64,000 bases of DNA from Octopus vulgaris (GCA_951406725.2 OX597814.1:10478001-10542000), one strand, 5' to 3'. Positions 41,885 to 56,707 are shown, counted from the stretch's first letter. Numbers and translations: made by a program. The notes: a model not told the origin generated them from the letters alone.

Positions 41885-42478
41885 TGGAAAGTTTATAGAT
41901 TTTTACAATGATGGATTGGATCTGTAATCTTCGAATTAGCTTTCTCCTTTCTGGTTTAGAGAAGCCGAATTGCTCAAGAATTTTATTTAGGTAGTGTGTT
42001 AATTATCCCAGGGCCCCAATAATTACATGTATAAACTTGAACTTGTAATCTGGATAGAGTAACTGCAGATTTCTCAATAGTTCAGCATAGATATTCTCTT
42101 TTTTCACTGATCTTTAGCTTTATCTTAACACTCGCCGGGCAGCTAATTTCTACAACAGCTTCTTTTCTCTATCCCAAATCAGTATATCATGTCTGTTGCG
42201 CGCACATTTTATTGGCATCTTCTCTGGAACATTCCACCAGTACTCTTTTTTATTATGAATAGCTATGGCTTCAACCATACTGTGAGTGCTTATTTCCTTG
42301 TACTCGGAGCTATCATTCTGACGGATTTCAATACAGTGTGTCCAAGGTACAGCATCATGTCTCATCGGTAGATACTACCGTGATGATATTTTCGGACTAT
42401 TGCTTATGATGTGTGTTAAACTCCAGAAAGTCTGCATCGGTTATCACATTTTACTGCTTTTTCTGCATCTCTATCCCT
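41885..42478 (-). pseudogene. Decayed R4/Dong-like non-LTR retroelement: CCHC knuckle plus restriction-like endonuclease
   Basis: Minus-strand pieces [63 protein letters not shown] match the Zn-knuckle and PD-(D/E)xK motifs. Contains stops and frameshifts. Confidence 0.75.
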
Positions 42479-42537
42479 TTTGTGCGGTATGTATGTATGA
42501 ACCTATGTATGTGGATGTGTATTATATGAATATATAT

Positions 42538-42603
<66 letters not shown>

Positions 42604-42754
42604 ATATACATATACATATATGTATATATATATATATATATACATATTTATACATATATATATATATATATATATATTTATACATATATATACATATGTA
42701 TATATATGTATATATATATATCTATACATGCATTTATATCTATATATCTATATA

Positions 42755-43243
<489 letters not shown>

Positions 43244-43303
43244 TATATATACATACATATATATATGTATGTACGTACATATATACATATATATAAATAT
43301 ATA

Positions 43304-43358
<55 letters not shown>

Positions 43359-43362
<4 letters not shown>

Positions 43363-43497
43363 GATTAATCAGCCGAAATTGCGAGGATGATCCGGTTCTT
43401 GACTGAAGATTGAAGGCTTTGAATGTCCCGTCCGTGTTTTTTGTATCGTCTTCTAAATGTTTTGCGTTCTTGTCCCAGTGTGTATTTGCTTTTCATA
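43359..43497 (+). mobile_element. (TA)n-embedded repeat fragment (family shared with 39349-39469)
   Basis: (TA)n on both sides; contains CTGAAGA..GAAT, a partial hammerhead-like core. Confidence 0.7.
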
Positions 43498-43761
43498 TAT
43501 ATATATGCATGTATTTATACAGAGAGGTATACACGACACACACGTACAACCAATATAGTGATAGATGGATGGATGAGCGCGTTTATATAAATGTATACAT
43601 TGTATATGGTTCAAATGTATAATGTATACAGAAAATATACAGAAAACAAAAGACAGGCGAGGAAACAAGCAGATTTATTAGTTTGATATTCGTGAAAAAT
43701 GGAAAATTCTTCGACGATTCGTGCCTAAAGTCTTCAACAGAATGGAATGAGAAGAAAAAAT

Positions 43762-43811
<50 letters not shown>

Positions 43812-44076
43812 CGAGAGAATTGTTGAGAGAAAGAAAGTGTATCGGGATTAGCGGTTTCATATACATACGTACATATTCATTATCTTTTATTAAACTTTTA
43901 ATACCTTTGATATATATTTAAAATAATATAAATTAATTAATTTTATGTATTGGCTTAAGTTTTTCATTGTTTGATTTGCCTAATAGTGGTTTTATCTCTA
44001 ATTTAATATTATATATATATATACAATTACATACAATACACATATACAGTTATACACAAACATATAGTTTTCAACC

Positions 44077-44131
<55 letters not shown>

Positions 44132-44766
44132 TGTATGTATGTATGTATGTATGTATGTATATGTTATTTTAAAAGGAAGAGTATAGCTACCTAGTTTACC
44201 GCGCAAATTCGTTGTCAAACAGATACATATATAGATGCACAATGTTATTCTTACTACGCGCTCAGACTGACGGAGAAATGAATTGATTTGTTTGATAACT
44301 ATATTCATAGTTTGAGGCACTCACTGAAAAGTAGCTTCATAAACGTCCGAGAACAGAATTACGTTGGTTATGAAAACTCTACGAAAGACCACTAGATCAG
44401 GGGGATAACTGAACACACATATGCAATATGCTATGAGTTCAATAAAGGTTGAAATGCACCCCATTTGAACTTTGACCTGCTGCTGTCATATTGTAGTCGT
44501 CAGTTTGTAACGCAAGAACTGAAAAGATGCAGACCACCAGTAGCCACTGCGTGAGGCTGCATAGGGCCATGCTTTTATTATTTGTTAGATGGTCGGTGTA
44601 GTAACACATTTTGCTCGTCTTATGACCAACGTTGATTTTCGTTATTTTTCTTCTTCTCGTTGGGAGTAAACGCACGGTTTCAAAACTTTTTTTTACAAGT
44701 ATGGGACTCTTCCTTCAATACATGTATGTATGTATGTATGTATGTATGTATGTATGTATGTATATA

Positions 44767-45146
44767 GGCGCAGGAGTGGCTGTGTGGTAAGTAGCTTGTT
44801 TACCAACCACATGGTTCCGGATTCAGTCCCACTGCGTGGCACTTCTACTATAGCCTGGGGCCGACCAATGCCTTGTGAGTGGATTTGATAGACGGAAACT
44901 GAAAGAAGCCCGTCGTATATATATGTATATTTATGCGTGTGTGTGTTTGTTTGTCTGTGTTTGTTCCCCTAGCATTGCTTGACAACCGATGCTGTTGTGT
45001 TTATGTCCCCGTCACTTAGCGGTTCGGCAAAAGCGAACGATAGAATAAGTACTGGGCTTACAAAAGAATAAGTCCCGGGGTCGAGTTGCTCGATTAAAGG
45101 CGGTGCTCCAGCATGGCCGCAGTCAAATGACTGAAACAAGTGAAGA
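44767..45146 (+). mobile_element. SINE family A
   Basis: Near-consensus with a small internal deletion. Confidence 0.9.
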
Positions 45147-45171
45147 GAGAGTATGTATGTATGTATGTATG

Positions 45172-45386
45172 TATGATGGGATGCTGAAATGTTCTTGGCT
45201 CTGGGTAAAAGAAAATACAGGTGGATCAGTTAATTATAATTTTATTCAACATATTCCCCTCTCAGATTCAAACACAGTGGTTCCTCAGTTTTTCTAAGCC
45301 CTGGTATAAGAACTCGGGAAGTTGGGCCCCCAGCTAGGCTTTTTGTGACACTCCTAAAGCCAGCAACTTTCCAGTGTCTCCTCGTA
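45172..45386. mobile_element. Mariner-type MITE
   Basis: Imperfect TIRs TATGATGGGATGCTGAAATGTTCTTGGCT / AGCCAGCAACTTTCCAGTGTCTCCTCGTA with TA at both ends. Confidence 0.65.
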
Positions 45387-45797
45387 TGGGTGTATGTATG
45401 TACGTATGTATGAATGTATGTATATATGTAACAACCGACTAAAAGCTTATCCAACACATTATGCACACAACCAGTTAGTTGATTAAATATTTAATCGATT
45501 GACTGGGAATTAAAACCAGTGCGTGTGTTTATTATTACTGGCGCAATGACCTCAGGACACGATGAGTTTTAATGTAACATCGAATTCATATCAAGAATTT
45601 TGGGAACCAAATAAAAAATGAATATATATATGGGTATGTGTGTGTGTGTATGTATATATATGTATGTACGTATATATATATATATATATATATGTATGCA
45701 TATGTAACTATATACATGTATAAATGTAAATAAAATATAAGGATAAAATCTATATAGCATTTTATCGAGTAGCTTTAAGGAAAGAAATGTATATACA

Positions 45798-45879
<82 letters not shown>

Positions 45880-45880
<1 letters not shown>

Positions 45881-46911
45881 CTTTGATACTTTGATACTTT
45901 GATAGGTTTCGGCCATTATTGGCCCAGGCCATGTCTAACTTAATAGCACCACCTGGTGAAGTCTTTCAAGTCAGAATTTGGGCACTATGGCCCACTCAAG
46001 TAGAGAGTTATTGTTTACAGAGACATATCCGGGTGTAGGGGGTTTATCCGGGATTTCTTGAAGGAATCTGTCCAAAGACTTCTTGAACCCTATAGGGTCA
46101 GTTTCTGTTTTAATGTGTTTTGGTGTAATGTTAAAGAGAGCGGGGCCAATTGAGGTGAAATAATTGTGCCGTATTGTTGTTATGAGATGAGAGTGCGATT
46201 TTTGTTTTGGGCGGATGGCACGGGGCCCAAGCCTTGGATGTACCTTAAAGGTGATGCCAACATCATTTGGGCAATGCTGATGGAATATTTTCCACATCAT
46301 GCAGATGATGTAGCGCTCACGACGACGTTGGAGAGAATAGAGTTTTAGCTTTTCTAGTCGACCCCAATAGTCGAGGCCTGTCATGCCATCTATCTTTTTT
46401 GTGATTGCCCTTTGAGGTGCTTCGACTTTTTTGATACCTTGTATTGTGTGGGGAGACCACAGTGGACAACAGTATTCAAGGTGGGGTCGGGCAAAAGTGG
46501 AGAAGAGAAGGATAATGGTGTGGATATCTCTCGACTGGAAAGTTCTGAGAATCCAGGAACACATTCTGCGGGTCATGTCAACTTTGGTGTTTATATGAGT
46601 GGCCCAGCTTACGTTGTTGTCCACAATTACTCCCAAGTCTCTGATGTTGTTGGACGCCGCGAGAGTTTCACCTGAAGGAAGGGAGTATGGGAGTTTCAGG
46701 GCATCCTCTTTTCCAAAGTGGATTAGCTCAAATTTATCCTCGTTCAGCAGCATATTGTTTTTTTCTGCCCATTGGATAACAGCCAGTAGATCTGACTGAA
46801 GGCATGTCCGGTCACTCGCCTCATTTATGACCTTCTGTAGCTTGGAGTCATCTGCAAAGATTTTTATGTTGCTGTGCTTGATGATGTCATTAATGTCATT
46901 AATGTAAATGA
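45880..46911 (-). mobile_element. 5'-truncated CR1-clade LINE (ORF2 RT C-terminus, stop at 45971)
   Basis: Open frame YINDI..IFADDSKL..LQSDL..DLGV..RPHLEY..WSP..QRAITK..SLQRRR; (ATCAAAGT)3 tail; (TA)n on both sides. Confidence 0.9.
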
Positions 46912-46915
46912 TATA

Positions 46916-46983
<68 letters not shown>

Positions 46984-47086
46984 CATATGTAACTATATAC
47001 ATGTATAAATGTAAATAAAATATAAGGATAAAATCTATATAGCATTTTATCGAGTAGCTTTAAGGAAAGAAATGTATATACATATA

Positions 47087-47126
<40 letters not shown>

Positions 47127-47164
47127 ATCTAATGATTGAAACAAGTAAAAGATAAAAGATATAT

Positions 47165-47372
47165 ATCTTTCGCTTTGGGATTTGGTTTGCAAGATCCTTT
47201 ATGTGAGTTCGTGTGTTGAAACATATTCTGTTGTGTCTGGGGAGAGTCATTCTCTTTCAGTGCCTTATAATTTAACACACTCATCGGTAAAATTTCCACT
47301 TATTTCATTTTTAGTTTTCTAAAATTTTCGTTGCGTCGTGCAACCTTTTCAATAGTTTTGACTCTGTCCGTT
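47165..47372 (-). mobile_element. Hammerhead element with micro-ORF, related to the 61-kb family
   Basis: Hammerhead at 47319-47355: CUA UUGAAAA G GUUGC-acgac-GCAAC GAA AAUU U UAG. ORF 47250-47170 reads [27 protein letters not shown] and then runs into TA. Confidence 0.7.
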
Positions 47373-47681
47373 ATTCACACTGCGTTCCTTTTTGTTTTTG
47401 CGCATGTGTGTGGATCAGTGTGTATGTATGTATGTATGTATGTATGTATGTATGTATGTGTATTTGTATGTATGTGTGTGTGCATATGTATCTGTGTGCA
47501 CATTTGTATGTATCTATTCTGCATTTCCATGTGTTTATTTGTCTGTGCTTGTGTGTTTTTATATGTGTGCCTGTGTGTTTGTGTGTGTGTTTGTATATAT
47601 GTGTGTGCAACTCTGTCTCCTTGTGTGTGCATGTCTGAGTTCGTGTGTGTGTTTTGCAACTATGTACCGTGTCTGTATGTA

Positions 47682-47866
47682 AATGGACATTTGAGACAAA
47701 AACTGTCTTCCATACTCTACTAACATGCCAAGGACCAATATGGAGGCAACCTGGGTCAACTTGACATCCTCATCTTATCCAAGCACCCAAAGGACCCAAC
47801 ACTCAGACAAATACAGGAGTAAGTTCTCATAAATGAAACTTCCCAAATACTAAATAGTAAATATAC
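47682..47866 (+). pseudogene. Decayed Penelope-like GIY-YIG endonuclease C-terminal fragment
   Basis: Reads HLRQKLSSILY*HAKDQYGGNLGQLDILILSKHPKDPTLRQIQE*VLINETSQILNSK, fitting the PLE pattern H..H.G...RQ..E...I...LNSK. A half hammerhead core CTGAAGA follows at 47928. Confidence 0.6.
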
Positions 47867-48120
47867 ATAGAAGATATCATACCACATACCCACAGTTTAC
47901 ACTGGTAGAGTAGAATAGTGGTCTGTTCTGAAGATAGACGTATGTATGTGTGTGATTCTGCCAGTGCGCCACATTATGAGTTGTATAGTATACTAAAATA
48001 TATATTTTACATACAGCAAATATTGATTATAATGTCTGCATGTGTATTTGTGTATATATATATATCTGCATGTGTATATGTGTATATATATATACAAACA
48101 TTCATTCATATGTGTGTGCA

Positions 48121-48340
<220 letters not shown>

Positions 48341-48363
48341 TATATATAAATATATATATACAT

Positions 48364-48448
<85 letters not shown>

Positions 48449-49177
48449 CAGATATTGATATAGGAGTGTATGGAAATATGTGTATGTGTATGTTTGCGTT
48501 GTGTGTGTGTATTTCCATATATACATATTTGCAAACATTCTTGCTGTATATCTCCAAATCACACCCACAACAATAATTAACTTTTTAGACTGTAGAAATA
48601 TTTCCATTGAAACAACGATAGACTATCACATAAACTTAGCCATCCTCTCAGTAATCATTTAAGTCATCATTGTCATTCTAATTAGAACAAAGGTCACACC
48701 CAACAACTTAACCCTCCTCCCAAAATTACAGTCAAATCTTTCTATAATACATAACATTAGTGGATTCAAAGTGTGTCCCAATCTAACCATACTTACCCAT
48801 GTTATTCATACTTAATACACCTTAACAATGTCTTTCTAATATAATCCTAACATCTACAAATTAATTTTCACTGATATTTATCACCTCCTTCATGTGGCCC
48901 CGAGATCACGCCAGCGTTGTATAAACTGCAAGCAATTTAATTTGCTTCACAGTCGTGAACAGCCCAACCCGGAACAAATGTGTATATATATATATATATA
49001 TATATACACATACATACATACATATATATATGTATATAAATATATATACATACATATACATACATATATACATACATACATATATATATATATTCATATA
49101 TATATATATATACATATATATACATATATACATATATACATATATATATACATATATACATATGTACATATATATCC

Positions 49178-49267
<90 letters not shown>

Positions 49268-49303
49268 GTATATATATATATATATATATGCATATACATA
49301 TAT

Positions 49304-49351
<48 letters not shown>

Positions 49352-50322
49352 ATAGATAGATAGATAGATAGATAGATGAATGGAAGGATAAATGGATGGA
49401 TGGGCATGTTTATGGATTGATAAATGTATGTTTATGTCTATACATACATACATACATACATACATACATACATACATACATACATACATACATACATACA
49501 TACACACATACATACATACATACATACATACATACATACATACATACATACATACATACATACATACATACATACATACATACATGCATATGATAACTGG
49601 CAATAAGATTAATAAATGCAATGCATAAATGCTCAATTATACGCCATCAACATTTTATACGACTTCAGATAGATAAAAGGCGAAGCCAAGTCGCACGGAT
49701 TATGAACTTAGATGAACGAAATTGAATATTATAAAGCATTTTACCAAGCGTTCCATTGTTTCTTCAAACTTACTGTTCTTTGACAATATTCCTATCTAAA
49801 TATCTTCAAACCATCCCAGTCTATGATTCTAGTATACAGATCCTTGATCTCGTCTCTCTTTTAACTCTATTGTATCTACTTTCTCTTCGTCATTCTTTTG
49901 ATAGGGGCTCATGTTTTGTCAATGTAATATCTATCTATGTAATAATCTAATATTGGTTCATTGATTCATAAATAACAAGCTTCTCTATCTAAGATATGTA
50001 AATTATCCATATTTATCAGTATATAATAAACTTATGAGTTTTATCTTTTATTTATAGATAACGTTTCCTTTTGTTTCATATTTTTTTTTACTTGTTTGTA
50101 TTTTTTAATTAAATAAAATTCTTCTTAAGATTAATTGGTCATTAAGGGTTTTTCTTTCCATTAAATATACTAAATGATGTGCCGTTATAATAATTAATAT
50201 ATTCAGATATAAAGTTAAAGTTCAGAAATGTTTATCTATATAAAAATTAGATCTATCAATCGATCTATTTTCTGATCCATCCAGCGCTTTCTCCCTCCCT
50301 CCCTCCCTTCCTCCCACTCTCC

Positions 50323-50374
<52 letters not shown>

Positions 50375-50392
50375 CTATCTATCTATCTATCT

Positions 50393-50760
50393 GTTTCTTT
50401 ATTAGCCACACAGGGCTGAACACAAATTACAAAGTAGAGCTTTTCTTTTGGGGGGGAAAAAAACAAGGTGGGGTAGGTTTTCGATCAAAAGGGATCGTAA
50501 AAAGGAAAGAAAAAAGTGTGCGTGTCAATGTGTGTATGTGTGTGTAGGCAAATTCAAGAATAAAATGAAAATAAAAACAAAAACAAAAGTGAATTCAATG
50601 TACTCAGTAAATCTATTACATTAACGTTTTGTGTAAGGTTTAGACGGAAAAAAATAGAAGTAGAAATGATGTTTCGATCACGGCTCTTCCGTAGATAGAG
50701 GAACAAGTTCAGAGAAGAAGAAAATTTGTAAGGTCTGGAAAAATGCATGGCCATCGTTAC
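50393..50760 (-). mobile_element. 3' end of a LINE-like element next to (GATA)n
   Basis: Homologous to 14680-14836. Confidence 0.6.
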
Positions 50761-50810
50761 GTGGTCAAAACAATAACTGTTTGCTAATACAAAGTATGCT
50801 CATTGATGGG

Positions 50811-50864
50811 TCACAACTGTGACGGAGCATTGACGTCTGTCGCTCCGAAAAGGGACCTATGTGA
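50811..50864 (+). ncRNA. Degenerate hammerhead-like fold
   Basis: UCACA aCUGUGA C GGAGC..GCUCC GAAA AGG ga CCU A UGUGA. All three stems form but the core is altered. Confidence 0.45.
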
Positions 50865-51184
50865 GTTGTCCCGCTTGACTATGACTTACTTTCAGGTGTT
50901 TTTTTTTTACACCAAACTCATAGAGAATGTTTTCTCTTAGGCAGAAAAGCCGCAACCGATCCATGAACTAACAACGCACATATCTCGCGTATGTGTGTTC
51001 GATTTTGTTTGTACACCGCGAGCTGCTTCTGGATTACAAAGTATAACATCCTGGGGCAAAAAACACCCTGCTGTCCTTTCCTATCGGTCTTCCTTCCTTG
51101 CCGCCCATACCCCATTATCTCTTGAAACACACTGTACAAACTAACGTTACTGTGTAGTGTTTCTCTTGTCAGTAGCCATCAAGT

Positions 51185-51604
51185 GGCGCAGGAGTGGCTG
51201 TGTGGTAAGTAGCTTGCTAACCAACCACATGGTTCCGGGTTCAGTCCCACTGCGTGGCATCTTGGGCAAGTGTCTTCTGCTATAGCCCCGGGCTGACCAA
51301 TGCCTTGTGAGTGGATTTGGTAGACGGAAACTGAAAGAAGCCTGTCGTATATATATATATATATATGTGTTTGTGTGTTTGTGTGTCTGTGTTTGTCCCC
51401 CTAGCATTGCTTGACAACCAATGCTGGTGTGTTTACGTCCCCGTTACTTAGCGGTTCGGCAAAAAGAAACCGATAGAATAAGTACTGGGCTTACAAAAGA
51501 ATAAGTCCCGGGGTCGAGTTGCTCGACTAAAGGCGGTGCTCCAGCATGGCCGCAGTCAAATGACTGAAACAAGTAAAATAGTAAAAGAGAAAAGAGTAAA
51601 GAGT
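51185..51604 (+). mobile_element. SINE family A, full length
   Basis: Near-consensus. Confidence 0.9.
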
Positions 51605-51992
51605 ATACCATTAATACCAACACCATTTCATCGTGCCTAATAGTAACATATTCGAAAACTTGAACCCCTGCTACCGCTACATCACCCACCACAAATATCG
51701 TCCCCATCCCCCTACTGTCACCTCCGCCATAACCACTCAGCACTGCACCATTCTCACCATCAATGCAACCACTGTCACCATTATGATGACCACCGACAGC
51801 ACTAACCCTACAACTCAGAAAACCACTATCACCACCGTTACCACCGCCCCCACTCCATCATGTGACTACTCTTAATACTGTTACTTTCACAGACCTCAAC
51901 ACTAAGCTTCAGCACTACCCCCACTACGCCCCAGAACATAACTACTACCACTACAACCATAACACAACCACCACTACCACCACCTTTAAGAT

Positions 51993-52391
51993 TCTTTTCT
52001 ACTCTAGGCACAAGGCCTGAAATGTTTGTGGAGAGGGGGTCAGTCGATTAGATCGACCCCAGTACGCAACTGTTACTTAATTTATAGACTTCGAAAGTAT
52101 GGAAGACAAAGTCGACCTCGGCGGAATTTGAACTCAGAACATAAAACAGACGAAATACCCATTTCTTCATTACCCACAAGGGGCTAAACATAGAGGGAAC
52201 AAACAAGGACAGATAAAGAGATTAAGTCGATTACATTGACCCCAGTGTGTAACTGGTACTTAATTTATCGACTTCGAAAGCGTGAAAGACAAAGTCGACC
52301 TCCGCGGAATTTGATCCCAGAACGTAACGGCAGACGAAATACTGTAAAGCATTTCGCTCGGCGTGCTAACGTTTCTGCCAGCTCGCCGCCT
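51993..52391 (-). mobile_element. Dimeric family B SINE
   Basis: Two head-to-tail units with outer direct repeat ACCACCTTTAA(G/T)ATT. Confidence 0.8.
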
Positions 52392-52849
52392 TTGACCACC
52401 TTTAATATTAAAACAATCACAATTACTACCACTATTACCACCACCACCGACGCCACCACCGCCCTCCTCCACTAGCACCACTGTCGATGCCGCGGCCACC
52501 TCCACCAGTATTGTTACTCTTACCCTATATCTGTACCGTGTCTTCCATTGTCTTTACCCTAATTACTTTTGTCATTGATTTATGTGTCCTTACTTTACAG
52601 TTCTCTCTCTCTCTCTGTCTCTCTCTTCTCTTCTCTCTAACTCTCACTCTCTCACTTCATCTCTTACTCACACACTCTCTCTCCATTTCTCTATGCCTTA
52701 TTCACTCTCACGTTTTCCTCTCCATTCATACCCAGGCTTCAGCAATTATCTATACATGTGTTTCTATGTATATGTGAATGCTATGTCTATTAATGCACGT
52801 ACATGTCCACATGCATTTATACAGTTTTTAAGACATCTCTCTCACTCAG

Positions 52850-52892
<43 letters not shown>

Positions 52893-53089
52893 CGCCATCT
52901 CTGCCTCTTTATCTGTCTCTTTCTTTCTCTGTTCATACCCTGGCATCTGCATATGTATATATATGGATGTGTGTGCATGTGTGTGTGTGTGCGTATATCT
53001 ACAAGTATATGTATGTGTGTTTCCTTCTTTTCATGCATATGTGTATATAAATCTAATATATCTCTATGTAATATATGTATTTTACATAA

Positions 53090-53130
<41 letters not shown>

Positions 53131-54121
53131 GAAAAGCTTAAATGATAGAGCTGAATTCGAGGAATTTCATGGTATCAATCTCATGCAATGAAGTTTTAAA
53201 ATAAGAAAGTTATGAGTGTTTGTTTCTCAAATTTCAGGGTGATAATATAGTTCTATATTTTTTTTATGTATATATTTCTATAAGGGACTTTTAATATATG
53301 TCACCGGCATCACTGAATTAAGGAAAAAATTATCAACGACACCACTAATTGATACATTTAACACATTATTAATTAGCATAATAGCATAACCTGGAAAAAC
53401 ATGGATTACATGGAAAAATGCAAGAGAAATAATATTCTTATGATTATAAAACTGAAAAAGTTTAGGACAAGTTGGAAAAGTTCAGGACAAGTTATTATAT
53501 CTAGTAAAGTACAGAAGAAGAAAAATTTTTCTTAAAATATTGCAGCTAAGGATAAAATTTTAACATTAAGAATTATTTGACTTTAATTCACAAAGAAACA
53601 GTCTAATTAGAAAAGGTACCATCATTTTGTTAAAATATTGACACACTAGAATACTTTAAAAATTGAGAGCCAGAAGTACCAATATAGCTAAAGAAATAAT
53701 GCCCGTATAATAATACCTGAAGCTGGGCAAGGATACAAAATGCGAGGTTTGTTTGTGAGGGCTGACATTGGAGTAAAGGACGATTGCGACAGTAACAAAT
53801 ACGTCTTCCGCTTCCTCTTTTTATCATTTTTACCATCATCATCGTTATCACCATCATCGACATCGTCCTGCTCCTCATCATCATCGTCACCACCACCAAC
53901 AACAACAACAAACGACTGATGAATTAAGGGATGTTTGCCACTATACGTATTCTGTGTACCAAACTGCGCAGAAGACTGGAAAATAGCGTACAAACAATGG
54001 CATAGTTTCTTTCATACATTAGCCAAGGCTTTGATCTCAATTGCGTAAAAGTTTGAAAGTATGCCAAGGTTAAATTCTTAATTGTTCATATATACATGTG
54101 TGTGTGTATGTGTGTATGGAG

Positions 54122-54173
<52 letters not shown>

Positions 54174-55318
54174 AGAGAAAGATGGCTAGATGTATGTATA
54201 TATTTCTTTTATTCTTTTCCTGGTTTCAGCCAGAGGCTGGGGCCATGCTAGAGCACCATCTTTCAGTGTTTTGGGGTCTCTTTTCGGTACTATTTTTGGT
54301 GAAGAAGCAAGTTGGACGAAGCTGCTCTTCTTCGTGCCGCCTGATGCGATATAGAATTAGTAACAAATAACATTATCAACAACAACAACAACAACAACGA
54401 AAATATTCGACATTATTTACTTATTTATGCTACCGAAAACCCTCAAAAAAATTAATCTAATCATTATATTAACCGCACTTCATATTTAGTTTCTTATTTA
54501 AAGTGAAAACACTTCGGCCGGGACGGAGAATCGAAACCGTAGCTTGGTATCAGCGCATCTATGAGTGCTTAGCACTGTTCTACGGCGCCCGCCACTGACA
54601 CGACGATACGTTGGCATTAAAAATTACGTGAAAGATCATCAATAAACAATTTACTTGATCTGTGTTTAGCATGAAGAATTTGCCAAGTGCAGTGAATATC
54701 TCTTATACAACTATCGTTCGTTCGTTCGCACCAGTTCTTAGTTACTTACGAACATCGCCAAACCAAACCAAACCCAAACACCGCTCACTCTTCTTTGAAT
54801 AACGCAGCAACACTGCCACTACTTCAAATCATTTCTCTACCACACATGCATACACAAACAGGCATATCCATACAACAGGCGCTCACAGAGAAACAGACAT
54901 ATCATTTGAACATCCTTTATGAAGATAGGCAATAGGATAAACTAATCTTGACACTATGCTGCTATCAAAGAATTCAAGAGAGCGTGAAATAATTTCATCT
55001 TAAAGTTCTAAATAAATAATTGCATTTCTAAAGCTCTGCATGGTTAGTTGTCAGAGGCAATTCGCTGCCGCCAATGCTAGTCACGTGGTCATAGCGATGC
55101 ATTTCTGTTTGTTAAACCCGAAATGGACTGACATCTCTATGTGTCCAAAAGAGCGGAGCACATTAACGTGTTTTCATGTAAGAATTGTGCTGTGTCAAAT
55201 AGCGCTCGGTTTGGTCGGCAGCTGTGTTAGTCTACGAAAGCAAATGGATTGGTGATGTGTGAATGCCCAAATGCATAAAACTGTACGGACATACAAACAC
55301 ATAAACACACATAGTCAG

Positions 55319-55385
<67 letters not shown>

Positions 55386-55521
55386 TTCAAACCTACACAA
55401 CAATATATGCGTTTCTAATCTTATGTACAAAATACACATGAACAAACAATTATGCATTAATAAACAAACATACAGCATATCATATACGTATGTATGTATG
55501 TATGTATGTATATATGTATAT

Positions 55522-55603
<82 letters not shown>

Positions 55604-55741
55604 ACACACACACACACAAAGGCTAGTATACAGTTGTAAAGTTTTATTCTTATAAATGATCAGTAACGTATATAAAAAGAATTTTTAGTTTATTTGAAGT
55701 ATACATGCACACACACACACATACACACACACACACGCTAG

Positions 55742-56328
55742 CACATACATATGTAAGTATAAATATACTTACACGCACCATACACACACACATACATACA
55801 CACACTCACACATACATATGTAAGTATAAATATACTTACACGCACCATACACACACATACATTCATACACACACTCACACATACATATGTAAGTATAAAT
55901 ACACTTACACGCACCATACACACACACATACATACACACACTCACACATACATATGTAAGTATAAATATACTTACACGCACCATACACACACACATAAAC
56001 ACACACACTCACACATACATATGTAAGTATAAATATACTTACACGCACCATACACACACACATACATACACACACTCACACATACATATGTAAGTATAAA
56101 TATACTTACACGCACCATACACACATACATTCATACACACACTCACACATACATATGTAAGTATAAATACACTTACACGCACCATACACACACACATACA
56201 TACACACACTCACACATGCATATGTAAGTATAAATACACTTACACGCACCATACACGCACACATACATACACACCCTCACACATACATATGTAAGTATAA
56301 ATATACTTACACGCACCATACACACACT
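55742..56328. repeat. Minisatellite, ~66-68-bp unit x9, each with a 22-bp palindrome
   Basis: TGTAAGTATAAATA(T/C)ACTTACACGCACCAT recurs nine times. Confidence 0.92.
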
Positions 56329-56707
56329 CACTGAACACACGCGCACATACACCAAATTACACGCACACATACACACATATTAGGCAACTTCTGGGCCTTA
56401 CTGAAGTTGAATATTGAATTTACTTCGCCGATACTTTTCCTTCTGTACCATTGTTATGGTTAATATTAGTTTTCTGTGCTTTGTGTGGTTATGAAGTGCA
56501 CTTTACAACAACTGCAGAGTCTACTGTTCGATTCTGTTTCCAGGACAGTGCTTTCCACCACAGATTTTGTTCGCGTAAATTTCACCCAAAACAGATATAT
56601 TGAGTCAAATATGATAGACGGACGTAGACAGAGGCCCGTCTGATACAGACATGCACATCCACATACACACACATATAAAGAATGAAACTCTTAAAATATC
56701 CTACATA

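Noticed and set aside
39321-41911. 800+ aa ORFs (MYVC/IHTY repeats) and all similar YI/CV/HT/LS ORFs in the track
   Set aside because: These are translations of stop-free microsatellites, open in several frames at once.
54515-54593. tRNA-like sequence on the - strand (A/B-box-like)
   Set aside because: I cannot form a proper cloverleaf; at most a decayed SINE head.
55742-56328. CRISPR-like array of palindromic repeats
   Set aside because: The spacers are near-identical low-complexity CA tracts, there are no cas genes, and the context is eukaryotic.
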